Positions 17,601 to 26,775 of a stretch of DNA of 26,881 nucleotides are shown here, in pieces (within the stretch, counting starts at the first letter, position 1; each line of letters begins with the position of its first letter). The notes under the pieces are model-generated. The model searched no databases. It worked only from the letters and a program-made list of their open reading frames with translations, and was not told the DNA's origin. The DNA is taken from positions 1-26,881 of IMG/VR virus record IMGVR_UViG_3300044675_004775; one strand, written 5' to 3'. A program made the translations under genes and the position numbers. The stretch comes from a virus (lineage: Duplodnaviria; Caudoviricetes).

Positions 17601-19378
17601 CGAAGCCCGACCCACAAAAACCTCAAACAAATACAGACCCAACGATAATTTCAAGATTGGAACCTGTTGGTGAACCAACAGTACCAAGACCAAATAGACC
17701 ACCAATTGACCCGTTGAAGAGGATTATAATGAAAACACTTAGTGAGTGTTATTATTTCCAAAAAGTTGAGGAGAGTGATCCTGTGGTGTTTAAAACACTA
17801 AAAGAAAAATTAAAATATTTTCACCCTGGATTCCATTCAACAACTCCCGAAGGATTAAATTCAAGACTAACATTCTTATTACAATGTGTTAGACCTGGTG
17901 ATACTATACCAATTAAAGGATTATCAGATACGTCTGACTTGAATGCTAGAAATACTTCATTTGGTCCACCACCTGTTTGTGTATTAAGAGTTGGTGATTT
18001 TTATCATTCTAAAGTTATTATTAAAGATGTTAACATACAATTTGAAGATTCCACATGGGACTTAAATCCAGAGGGTATCGGTGTTCAACCAATGATTGCT
18101 AGTGTTACATTACAAATTAGTTTTATCGGTGGACAAGGTTTATCAAGGCCTGTCGAGAGATTACAAAATGCGTTGTCATCTAATTTCTTTGCAAATACTG
18201 AGATGTATGATGAAAGGTCAATCAACACTGCGGAGACAATTGATGGTAAAAATAGAGAAGAATTCACAAAAGAGTTTTTAGAAAAAATAAACGAAAGTAT
18301 ACCAAAACCTGAAGAATCTACAAATGATAGTAAAGGTAATGAATTGGCTGAAGGTGAATTTATAGGTGTACCTTCAGAGTCTTCATTAAGATATGATGGG
18401 TTAGTAAACACTTTATATGAGACTTCTGAAAAATATTTTGATAGTTACCCAACACTATATAATCTTTTTGTAAAAGATTATGGCACATCCATTTCATCAA
18501 TGATTCTACATCCTAACTACAGAGATATTAAAACATATGATGTTTTCAACACAACATCTTCAAGTGCAGGTTTAACTGTTGATTTATTTGGTGAATATAC
18601 TAAAAGTCGGCCATTATCATTTTATATAAATTCATTAAAAATTAAAATGACACAAGTATTGGAAACTATCAATATTAGTCAAATGATGAATCTTGATAGT
18701 ATTTTATCAGTACCAAAACAAAATAAAGCCAATGAACTTTTACAACCATTTTTCAAAGATTTTATTGAAAAAGAAATTAATGGTATATCAGATAAAACAC
18801 AATTAAATGATTTTGTAAAAGTTAGAAATGAAGTTATCGATGCGTTTGATAAACTTAATTTTGTTGTAAAATATGGTTATGACGTAAAAATTGAAAAAGA
18901 TGTAGTAACTAAAGGTACGTTATCAGGATTTACATATGATTTATTATATGATGAATATGAAAATTGCGTAAATTATTTTCAAGAGAATTCAGACAAATTG
19001 TATGAAGATTTAGACACATCAATAAATTTTAATAGTCCCGATATTTCTACCGATACACTTTATGAATTATTATCTGTATTATTAAAAGAGGAAGATAAGT
19101 CATCTTTTAAAGGAGTTTTTTCGGTTGATACAATAATATTTGATGAAAAAACTGTTGAAAAAATAGAGAAGAAATTTGATTCGTTTATTAGTTCACCACT
19201 AAAAGATAAAAGTTTTAAGTTCAAAAAACTTAAAAAAAGAAAAAATGAAAAAGAAATATCATTTGTGGTAACAGAAAGTGAATTAACAGATGATGAAATC
19301 AAAAAAGAGGTTAAAAAATTAAAAAGTAAAAATAACATTCCCCCAACGGATGATAAATTAAATTATTTTAGACCATGA
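14648..19378 (+). CDS. Large baseplate protein: tube-initiator-like domain (gp48/gp54/P2 gpU-type) with an inserted OmpA-like domain
   Basis: WFPPYDLKVSEQNSASW....FLGRPEPIYTYQNTERTGQISFKV and PPVCVLRVGDFY.SKVII.DVNI......W......PMIASVTL are the two halves of a tube-initiator fold. Position is directly after the tape measure. Confidence 0.68.
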   Translation: MPSYLNFDSTKELRNSILARTLTKPNGPQTFTSSNYAIRSLRDFPNVNPGDVDDNRGEMLRVPQTNNVYKPTNFNVTENIRTIPRRANLNLYPYFQLQNHNLISVFRQQNLTNESELMKFAGTHLVSTTGPVFSRIAQNIERVTNGRDRLSEALNGSISTASNIVTGREPLVAPNYEITVSKTLPGKIIDFVQVASGVELPFSDIPGEYLTDPQNPINIRPVANTGVGRLLQDVTGALGSLIGISRRPTPSRKPSDLFIEHMGSGQKNVLYDLLSYSTYAPNYTTSARSQNTSRLFNVVGNIAQGVANLLGIDAPVGQAYIGDDRGNDVKFAMNDFNDRPVRSNYYLSLLFDPVQTELFQRKRNYSDGGSITGKLTWISRNTRNKLGENNQEWESQKNDFDNSTSTGFDFRPDSILGYTQEILDTLPTNGAEARSHVANVIDQTSRIFREGDVMLSRGSAVQYTDKFGGESGVEYCRVWTKDRSYLNYSDTMKRQQNVRKYDDSVLDRSWNLNIAPISNGGRDFNGSTNILPSGDGFYAKKYMLSIENLAWKTSNVPGFTVNDLPYCERGPNGGRVMWFPPYDLKVSEQNSASWNPNKFLGRPEPIYTYQNTERTGQISFKVVVDHPSILNLLVREHFKGFSDDEAENYINAFFAGCEEIDFYDLVRRYATITPEDAKLVSDFLNKKVDVSTVERFKNVTTTVVVQPEPTVVSDTSQTVKLNVSLNFANNWPQITEGDFKGTKYTDIYTPQIGSDSWTGDTLSNLTITLDDILTGSTTYNKANAIHDKKILYGKDIPLAEASTYKNNTISDLNREISEARSGFDSYVNDTTTLKTDIESGIVKELSIVIGSSCSALADNGYNFRLSIRRTYSILLDILDRIKKDVNPKSVLDSKWPSTFTGGGNQQTKIDLEFTLKELGYTESDGVLKFTTISAGEEFNNENNVNCSTQDFKFVSTSGGSSLKISAPVAFGCRQSRIIFEYTKITKPDPQKPQTNTDPTIISRLEPVGEPTVPRPNRPPIDPLKRIIMKTLSECYYFQKVEESDPVVFKTLKEKLKYFHPGFHSTTPEGLNSRLTFLLQCVRPGDTIPIKGLSDTSDLNARNTSFGPPPVCVLRVGDFYHSKVIIKDVNIQFEDSTWDLNPEGIGVQPMIASVTLQISFIGGQGLSRPVERLQNALSSNFFANTEMYDERSINTAETIDGKNREEFTKEFLEKINESIPKPEESTNDSKGNELAEGEFIGVPSESSLRYDGLVNTLYETSEKYFDSYPTLYNLFVKDYGTSISSMILHPNYRDIKTYDVFNTTSSSAGLTVDLFGEYTKSRPLSFYINSLKIKMTQVLETINISQMMNLDSILSVPKQNKANELLQPFFKDFIEKEINGISDKTQLNDFVKVRNEVIDAFDKLNFVVKYGYDVKIEKDVVTKGTLSGFTYDLLYDEYENCVNYFQENSDKLYEDLDTSINFNSPDISTDTLYELLSVLLKEEDKSSFKGVFSVDTIIFDEKTVEKIEKKFDSFISSPLKDKSFKFKKLKKRKNEKEISFVVTESELTDDEIKKEVKKLKSKNNIPPTDDKLNYFRP

Positions 19379-19701
19379 GTAGAATTTATTTTGATAGGTA
19401 TCAATTTTTCGTAGGTGATGGCAATTTTAGAATTGTGCCGGGAATTGAACTGCCGATTAAAGGAACCGATAGATATCATACGTTTAAACGTGGAAAAGAC
19501 AGATTGGATAAACTATCCCAAGAGTTTTATAATACACCAACATTTGGTTGGTTAATTATGACAGCAAATCCAAATGCCGGAACTAATGAGTTTGAATTAC
19601 AAGACAATTTTATTTTAAGAATACCATTTCCATTGAATAGTAGTTTACAAGATTACAAAAGAGGAGTGGAATTGTATAATTTATATTATGGCGAACAATG
19701 A
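19375..19701 (+). CDS. LysM-like baseplate wedge protein (T4 gp53 / P2 gpX-like)
   Basis: YHTFKRGKDRLDKLSQEFYNTPTFGWLIMTANP...ILRIP. ATGA overlap with the upstream gene. Confidence 0.85.
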   Translation: MSRIYFDRYQFFVGDGNFRIVPGIELPIKGTDRYHTFKRGKDRLDKLSQEFYNTPTFGWLIMTANPNAGTNEFELQDNFILRIPFPLNSSLQDYKRGVELYNLYYGEQ

Positions 19702-22700
19702 TTTATCAAATAGTGAAAATATATTAATTAAGACCGACGAAAATAATTTAATTTATGTCGATCCTAATAGTGTATTAGTTAATAATGAGGTTCAACCAAG
19801 AAGTGTTTCTCAAGAAAGACTGGTAATGTATGTCAATCTTGAAGCAGATATTATACCAAGAACAACACTCACTTCCGATGGAGACAAAAACTCTTTAAGA
19901 AGTATTGCCAAAGGAACATTAAATTTCCTTTCATCACAAGTTGGTGATTCAACAGACCCAAATGATAGAAATTTTACTACTAATTGGACCGATGCCTATT
20001 TAGAAAGAACCGAAAGAAAATCTAAAGACGGGAACACAACTGGTGATTTTTTTCAAAATGATGGGACAGGTCAATCTTTTGGTATTGAAAGTATATCAGT
20101 ACAAATAAAAGGTGCTAATCTTATTCCACAAATAACAATAGAGTTTGCTGATGTTAGAGGTAAAACACTATTTGATTCCCCCGAAAATTCACCTTATAAA
20201 AGTTTTTTTCATATTCCTTGGCCAATATTTTACCTTACAATAAAAGGATATTATGGGAAGGCTATTAGATATAGACTTCACTTAGTTTCATTTAGTTCAA
20301 GATTTAATGCCAATACTGGTAATTTTGAGGTGACAACAAAATTTGTGGGTTCAACATATGCGTACTTGAGTGACATTCCATTGAAGGCGGTGATGAATGC
20401 TCCATATATGTTTATTAGAACTATAGAAGGTTCTCAGTCATTTAATGAACAAACAGGATTATATGAAAAGAAGGCGTTAAAATCATCCAAAGGATATCAA
20501 ATCCTACAATCGGTTTATTCTGAAATGAAACAGAAAAAATTGATTCCTCAAGATCTTCCTGTTAGAACTCTAAGAGAAATTTGTACGTTGGCTTCAACTC
20601 TTGATAAAAGATTGGAACAACAGATTTTTGATGAGGTAATAGACCCCAAAGTCTTAGATGGTATTAGGACATATAGAGAAATACTGAAAAACTTTGAAAT
20701 CAAAGTAAACGGATGGAAAAATAAAAATTTAGATTTAACACTTTATAGTGACCAATTTACTTTTAACTCTGAAGTGTCCAGAGCCTATGCGTTAAAATCA
20801 AAGAACAAACTTGATTTAACATTAGTAACAGGTTCAACTAACAATGATACTTTAGAATACATTATAACGACTTTTTCTGAACAACTTAAAAAACAACAGA
20901 AAGTATTCAATGACAATGTTAAAAGTGGTGGAGCGGGAGTTGATACAAAATTATTGTCCAATTCACTATTACCAATAGATTCCTATTATGGTATTTTATC
21001 TAGTGACTCAACGAAATATTATATATTTTTTGAGAGAATTATATCGGATATTCAAACACTTCAAAAAGTCTTTTTCGAACAAAATGTTAAAGTAGAAAAG
21101 GAGATTGAAAGAAAGATGAATGAAATTATCAAAGACCCTAAAAAAGGTTTTGGATTTGAACCGACAGTAAGGAATCTTTTCGGAATATTAATGGCAAACG
21201 CCGAAGTATATGTTAGGTTAATGAAAGATGTTCATTCTGACGCATTTGATTTGGCGGAAGAAAGAAAAAGAATAATTGGTAAATTCTCAGATGAGTTTGG
21301 GGATTCCATATATCCGTGGCCTGAAATTAAAAAAACAACACCAGGTGATAAACAGAGAGTAATTGCGTATCCGGGTGAACCTGAATTACAAAGTAAGTTA
21401 CAATCATTTAACAGTATATTATGGCCTGAAGTCTCATTCGTTGAAGAATTTATGGGTGTTTCAACAAATGTTAAAGACCCATTGGTTGAAAAAGAAGGTG
21501 GTGTAAATGATTTACAATATATCTTTGATAGTAATCAAGATGAATCGAGGATTAAGGACGTAAGTCAACTATTCAAAATACAACAAACACTACCATATTC
21601 AGATAGAAGACCGGTATCATTCTTATATGAAATTTATGAAAGAGCATTACAAATTACAATGTTCGATTCTTTTAATTCAACAGTATTGAGAGAATTAGCT
21701 GATATTGAATTTGGAATGATTCAAGAAATTGCTGGAGAAGAGTTGGATATTATAGACATATTAAAAAATTACATTAAATCAAAAGACGATTTATTAGAAT
21801 ATATGCTGAAACTTTCACCATATGAAAGATTTCCGTATTATGAAGATTCATTACCAACAACAAGATATATTAAAGAGGTAATAAGTACTCCGTTTAAAAT
21901 TGAACAATATGATGAAACTTCAAAAGTAAAAAGTTTTGACCCAACACCATATGTGAAATTAGATAATTTTTTAATTAACTATACACCCGAATCATATAGA
22001 AAACAAATATTCCCATTTAGTTCCAACACTTATTTAGATTACATTGAAAAGGATAGTTTTAGTGATGATGAACTTAAATTCGAAGGTTTGTTTAGAGTCG
22101 GTGTGGTTGGTAATGATTTTATATCTTCACCATTTGATAGATTTAATTGGATAAAACCACCATATTTTGATTTATCAGAGAATTTTAACATGTTTACTCA
22201 ATCCCTATTTGTTGGAAATAATATAACAAATATATTAAATACACCATATTTTCATAAACAATTATATAGTGATTTTTCAAAAACAAGTTCTTTTGGAAAA
22301 TATGCGGGTTCAGCATATCTATTTTTGAATTCATTACCATATCATGATTTAGAAGATGAAATAAGATTAACAAAATCGGGAACACAAGGAGGAACTACAT
22401 TACTACCACCTAAAAGAATGTCATCAATTTTTAGAGAAATTGGTGCAACTCACTATGTCCCATATCATCTTATTGTTAAATGGGGTTCAATATATCATAG
22501 GTATAAAAGAAAGGTATTGGATGGGGTTGATATTCTAACAGGATTTACAACATCTAACAGTAACACCACAACCACCAATATTAATACTGATTTATTTTTT
22601 AATAATAATGAAACCGGTACAACATTTACGACTTTCACATTTAATTCAACAAATATGAATTATTTGGTTAATAAAGATGTTGGTGTCCATCCTTTCTATG

Positions 22701-25522
22701 ATGCAATATATCATCAAGTTATTAATGATTATAATCACTATATTATTTCTTCAGGAAATACATCGTTTTCAGGAAATACTGTTAGTCAAAAAATAAATGG
22801 AAGAGTCAGACCTAAAGAAAATGGTTTGAATTATTGGACACAATATGTCGATAATTCAAAATTTGACACTAAAGATATGTCTTATACCATTTTACCTTGT
22901 GATGGTGGTAACAAATACATTAACTTAAAAGATGAGGTTGGTGTTGAACCATCAGATTTTGATTTTGACAAAACTGAACAACTTAATTTTAGATTACTTT
23001 GGCAGGATGAATATATCAATGATAGTTTTAGTGGTAAAACATTTTTTGATTATGATGAATACAATATTAGTCTAACCGAAGATATATATAAAATCAGTTC
23101 AAATCAAAAGAAAGTTTTTGATTTAATTGGAACGTTTAGTCCTCAGATTTTAGATGAGTTTGAGGAAATATTTCTACAATTCAGTTCTGAATTGATTGAT
23201 ATTGAAGATCCGTTTAAAAAATTCTCAAATGTAAAATATGACAACTTCCAAAAATTATTGAAGGAAATTGTAAAAATTGAGAAGAAATCAGATGATGGAA
23301 CGGATATAGAAGATATCATATTAAAAATTAAAAGTAGACAAAAACAAAAGTTAGTTGTTTTATCTGAAGAATTAACAAAAGCAGATAACTACCTTAAAAT
23401 CACATTGGGTAACCCCAAAGAATTAGATGCATATGTATTGAACAACTATATTGATCAGACTGAATCATGGGGGTCATATGATTTTCCATCTCAGAGTGGT
23501 AATACAAAATATATTGAATTATATGTTGGACAAGATCCTGACGTAGGGATAACATATCAAGACTTCTTTAGAATTTCAGACATAAGATTGGATGAAGAAA
23601 ATGTATTGTTATTTAGACCTCTAATTCTTATTTATGGAGGATATCTAAAGTTTAATGGAACCAACACAAGAGAACAGTTTTCACTTTATCTAAAAAATAA
23701 TATAATAGATAAAAAAACATCTACAATTGTGGGTGGGACATTACAGAGAACAAATGAAGTGGGTGGTTCAAATAATAGATTAAATCTATTTCTTATTCAT
23801 TTAATATCAAAATTTCAATCACTAAAATTAGAAAGAAATGATTTCGCTGTCAATTTTGTTGATGGTTATAATAATAGACAGGTCAAAGTTGAACTTTATA
23901 ATAGTTTTAAATCATTTAATGATAAGTGGGTTGCGGGAAATTCACTCGGACAAAGATTATTATTTGAGGAGTTTCTATTTTTAGATCGAGCAAATAGAGA
24001 CATTGGAAGTAAAACTTATCTAAATTTAAGTAAATTCATTGATTTAATTGATGATAGAAACGATAATATAGATTTGTATTCTGCAATATCTACATTATTA
24101 AAAGGTACTGGATTTGATATGAGAGCATTACCAGCATATATCAATTTCTATGGGACAAATATTTCAAATAGATCTAAAATAACACCTTCTAAAAAAGTTG
24201 CTGAGAATTTATTCGGTACATTCTTAGATGTTGATTATGAAGAATCATCACCTAAAATAATCATTCAATTCGTAGGACCCACATCAAAACATCCATCGGA
24301 TATGAGTAAAGATTATAAATTTAATGATGATAGTTTTGACATTTCAAATAGAAATAAAAACCCATTAATTGCAACATTACCTGAATTATATGATATTGAC
24401 CAATTAAATAAATCTAATAAGGTTGTTGCCTTTGAAGTAAGTTTTGGTGATCAATATCAAAACATTTTTAAAGGGGTGTCATTGGACCAAACAACATTAA
24501 AAAACTCATCAGAATCATTCATTGTTTTGGAAAATCTTGCAAGATCTGAATCAGGTGCGGGTACATACAATGTTGATGTTAGTTTGTTTGACTACTATAG
24601 ACAGGCATCTTATTATTGTGATGTGAGTTGTATGGGTAATGTTATGATACAACCAACAATGTATTTTTATCTCAAGAATATTCCAATGTTTAGAGGAACA
24701 TATTGGATTACTGAAGTCAGTCATAATATTAGAGATAATAACATTGAAACAAGTTTTAAGGGTACGAGAATACCGGTTGCGGCATTACCTGACCCTGAAG
24801 ATTCGTTTGTATCAAGTTACAAGTCATTATTTGATAAGATTACAAACTCGGCCCGTGCAGTTGTTAAAAAGTTAGAAACTGCAAATACAACTGGTACTAC
24901 TGAACAAACAATTAGAACAGACTTTGGAAATTTTGTTACCGATATGGGAACAATTCAGATAAATGGAGAACAACTTATTAAGACTTCTGGAATTAGTCAA
25001 TTTGGTATTCCATTTAATGGTTATGGTAATGAAAAATACATACAGAAAGTTACCTATAGACAACAAAATGGACAAGAAGGTGAATGGTTTAGAGCAAAAG
25101 TTGCCAGAATGGGATTGGAATCTACCATATATGAATTATCAGATTCTTCACACATGTCATTATTGAGTAAACTTCAAAATACTATTAACGTAAATTCTGA
25201 AGGACAAACCGGATTAAAGTGGTCAGAACTTAAAGAATTGTCGAACTCTCATTATTTCTATTCAACTAAGTTTCAATTTAGTAAAAGTATAACTGCAGAT
25301 AAAATAATCACGGGTGTTACCGAATTCTTGAATCCTAATAATAATAAACAATTTACTCTTAATCCAAATTACGATTTGGACAGAAGGGTTGATACTTTGA
25401 ATGTTTCAGGTCCTGTTAATGTTGGACCATTTATCGATGGTTATGGAATTGGACTTTCAAATAAACTAATGAGTGAATTGAAAATTGTAGAAGGGGAAAT
25501 TCTTTATTTTAGAATAAAATAA
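19688..25522 (+). CDS. Giant baseplate hub protein (gp27 / P2 gpD / VgrG-like)
   Basis: N-terminal FGIESISVQI....IPQITIEFADVRG. C-proximal CDVSCMGNVMIQPTMYFYLKNIPMFRGTYWITEVSHNI....IETSFKGTR is the hub signature (G.Y.I..V.H.I). Follows the LysM gene. Confidence 0.72.
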   Translation: MANNDLSNSENILIKTDENNLIYVDPNSVLVNNEVQPRSVSQERLVMYVNLEADIIPRTTLTSDGDKNSLRSIAKGTLNFLSSQVGDSTDPNDRNFTTNWTDAYLERTERKSKDGNTTGDFFQNDGTGQSFGIESISVQIKGANLIPQITIEFADVRGKTLFDSPENSPYKSFFHIPWPIFYLTIKGYYGKAIRYRLHLVSFSSRFNANTGNFEVTTKFVGSTYAYLSDIPLKAVMNAPYMFIRTIEGSQSFNEQTGLYEKKALKSSKGYQILQSVYSEMKQKKLIPQDLPVRTLREICTLASTLDKRLEQQIFDEVIDPKVLDGIRTYREILKNFEIKVNGWKNKNLDLTLYSDQFTFNSEVSRAYALKSKNKLDLTLVTGSTNNDTLEYIITTFSEQLKKQQKVFNDNVKSGGAGVDTKLLSNSLLPIDSYYGILSSDSTKYYIFFERIISDIQTLQKVFFEQNVKVEKEIERKMNEIIKDPKKGFGFEPTVRNLFGILMANAEVYVRLMKDVHSDAFDLAEERKRIIGKFSDEFGDSIYPWPEIKKTTPGDKQRVIAYPGEPELQSKLQSFNSILWPEVSFVEEFMGVSTNVKDPLVEKEGGVNDLQYIFDSNQDESRIKDVSQLFKIQQTLPYSDRRPVSFLYEIYERALQITMFDSFNSTVLRELADIEFGMIQEIAGEELDIIDILKNYIKSKDDLLEYMLKLSPYERFPYYEDSLPTTRYIKEVISTPFKIEQYDETSKVKSFDPTPYVKLDNFLINYTPESYRKQIFPFSSNTYLDYIEKDSFSDDELKFEGLFRVGVVGNDFISSPFDRFNWIKPPYFDLSENFNMFTQSLFVGNNITNILNTPYFHKQLYSDFSKTSSFGKYAGSAYLFLNSLPYHDLEDEIRLTKSGTQGGTTLLPPKRMSSIFREIGATHYVPYHLIVKWGSIYHRYKRKVLDGVDILTGFTTSNSNTTTTNINTDLFFNNNETGTTFTTFTFNSTNMNYLVNKDVGVHPFYDAIYHQVINDYNHYIISSGNTSFSGNTVSQKINGRVRPKENGLNYWTQYVDNSKFDTKDMSYTILPCDGGNKYINLKDEVGVEPSDFDFDKTEQLNFRLLWQDEYINDSFSGKTFFDYDEYNISLTEDIYKISSNQKKVFDLIGTFSPQILDEFEEIFLQFSSELIDIEDPFKKFSNVKYDNFQKLLKEIVKIEKKSDDGTDIEDIILKIKSRQKQKLVVLSEELTKADNYLKITLGNPKELDAYVLNNYIDQTESWGSYDFPSQSGNTKYIELYVGQDPDVGITYQDFFRISDIRLDEENVLLFRPLILIYGGYLKFNGTNTREQFSLYLKNNIIDKKTSTIVGGTLQRTNEVGGSNNRLNLFLIHLISKFQSLKLERNDFAVNFVDGYNNRQVKVELYNSFKSFNDKWVAGNSLGQRLLFEEFLFLDRANRDIGSKTYLNLSKFIDLIDDRNDNIDLYSAISTLLKGTGFDMRALPAYINFYGTNISNRSKITPSKKVAENLFGTFLDVDYEESSPKIIIQFVGPTSKHPSDMSKDYKFNDDSFDISNRNKNPLIATLPELYDIDQLNKSNKVVAFEVSFGDQYQNIFKGVSLDQTTLKNSSESFIVLENLARSESGAGTYNVDVSLFDYYRQASYYCDVSCMGNVMIQPTMYFYLKNIPMFRGTYWITEVSHNIRDNNIETSFKGTRIPVAALPDPEDSFVSSYKSLFDKITNSARAVVKKLETANTTGTTEQTIRTDFGNFVTDMGTIQINGEQLIKTSGISQFGIPFNGYGNEKYIQKVTYRQQNGQEGEWFRAKVARMGLESTIYELSDSSHMSLLSKLQNTINVNSEGQTGLKWSELKELSNSHYFYSTKFQFSKSITADKIITGVTEFLNPNNNKQFTLNPNYDLDRRVDTLNVSGPVNVGPFIDGYGIGLSNKLMSELKIVEGEILYFRIK

Positions 25523-25543
25523 AAACATTAATAATAAACGGGA

Positions 25544-25557
25544 TATTTATATTTATA
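25544..25557 (+). promoter_or_regulatory. Two overlapping TATTTATA boxes (putative late promoter)
   Basis: TATTTATA at 25544-51 and 25550-57, ending 11 nt before ATG 25569. Confidence 0.55.
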
Positions 25558-25568
25558 ATAAAATCATT

Positions 25569-25772
25569 ATGGATAATAATAAATTAAGAAACACCGTAGA
25601 CAATTTTTTAAACACAAAACAAGTTAGAAAGGTATCTAATGACGGGATGGAACGTGAAGAATGTGACTTAGCAACTGGTGAGTGTTATGTTATCAGGTCT
25701 AAAGATGGGATTGTTGAAAGAATAAATAAAAAATACGTTACCGAAGACGGTAGACAACTTTTACAAGATTAA
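25569..25772 (+). CDS. Hypothetical protein, 67 aa
   Basis: ATG start with an A-rich leader, fills the gap, and contains ECDLATGEC. Confidence 0.8.
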   Translation: MDNNKLRNTVDNFLNTKQVRKVSNDGMEREECDLATGECYVIRSKDGIVERINKKYVTEDGRQLLQD

Positions 25773-25776
25773 TGCT

Positions 25777-26403
25777 ATGAGTTTAGAAAAAAAGTTACAC
25801 GAAGAGTTAATGCGTTTTAATGCAATTAACAAATACGCTAAAAAAATGATTATGGAACAGGATGCACCACCTGCAGATCCAGCGTTGGCAGGAGATTTAC
25901 CACCAGCACCACCTGCAGATGCTCCACCTATGGGTGCACCACCGATGGACACGCCACCACCAGCACCTGAAACCGACAATGTCGAAGAGATTGATATTAC
26001 TGATTTGGTTAATATGACCAAAAGTATCAAAAAAGAAATGGATGACAAAAAGGCGGAACAAGATGGTGTGGTGAATAAGATGGACGATGTTTTTAGCAAA
26101 CTATCTGATTTGGAAAGTAAGTTAACTCAAATGGATATGGTTATGTCTAAAATTGACCAGTTAGGTTCCAAAGTAGAAACTATGAGAGAACCAACTGCAC
26201 AAGAAAAATTAGAAATGAGATCATTAGATTCATATCCATTTAGTCAAAATCCACAGCAATTTTTTGCAATGAAACAAGATCAAATGAGACAAAGTGGTAA
26301 AAATGAATACGTTTTATCAAAACAGGATATTAATGACTATTCAAAAGAAACTATAAGACAAACATTTAATCCTGATAGACAAGAAGATGAATCTAGATTC
26401 TAA
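25777..26403 (+). CDS. Hypothetical protein with a Pro/Ala-rich linker and coiled coil (possible virion/core protein)
   Basis: DAPPADP...PPPAPE segment, then heptad-like MDDVFSKLSDLESKLTQMDMVMSKIDQLGSKVETM. Confidence 0.75.
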   Translation: MSLEKKLHEELMRFNAINKYAKKMIMEQDAPPADPALAGDLPPAPPADAPPMGAPPMDTPPPAPETDNVEEIDITDLVNMTKSIKKEMDDKKAEQDGVVNKMDDVFSKLSDLESKLTQMDMVMSKIDQLGSKVETMREPTAQEKLEMRSLDSYPFSQNPQQFFAMKQDQMRQSGKNEYVLSKQDINDYSKETIRQTFNPDRQEDESRF

Positions 26404-26752
26404 CATTAATTTTTTCATGGGACTACAAGTCCAAATGAAAATAAACCATTGGCAAACAAAGGGTTATGCTAGACACATTGCATTTGGTGAGTTTTATGGT
26501 GTCATGGATGGTTTAATCGATACATTTGTTGAAAGTGCAATGGGAAAGTATGGTAGATTCACTTTGACTGAAGAGAATAAGACGATTCAATTAAATAATT
26601 TGTCAGATTTAGATATGAAAGGTCTTATTAACACCGTTAGGGAAGCACTCGTTCAAATGGAATTGGATGATGTAGACACGGATTTATTAAACATCAGAGA
26701 TGAGATGATTGCTGAAGTTAATAAATTATCATATCTCTTAACTTTAGAATAG
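26387..26752 (+). CDS. Dps/ferritin-like four-helix protein
   Basis: HWQTKGYARH.AFGEFY......IDTFVE..MG follows the Dps ferroxidase pattern HW..H..D.3.E. C-terminal DLLNIRDEMIAEVNKLSYLL. Confidence 0.8.
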   Translation: MNLDSNINFFMGLQVQMKINHWQTKGYARHIAFGEFYGVMDGLIDTFVESAMGKYGRFTLTEENKTIQLNNLSDLDMKGLINTVREALVQMELDDVDTDLLNIRDEMIAEVNKLSYLLTLE

Positions 26753-26775
26753 TTTAAAAAAATTTCTTAAAAAAT

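Noticed and set aside
8037-25522. Extracellular contractile injection system or tailocin locus
   Set aside because: It is linked to PolB, gp13/gp14-like head-neck genes and phage-type promoters, with no AAA+ ATPase or effectors seen. A phage tail module is the simpler reading.
25864-25920. 15-bp direct repeat GCACCACCTGCAGAT (25864-78, 25906-20)
   Set aside because: It is a coding repeat (APPAD) in a Pro-rich linker, with no sign of an att site or target-site duplication.
140-26099. Short antisense or out-of-frame ORFs in the track (e.g. 159..500, 6558..6815, 12801..13085, 16795..17232, 25761..26099)
   Set aside because: They lie within or almost entirely overlap well-supported genes, show no motifs, and have shadow-ORF composition.
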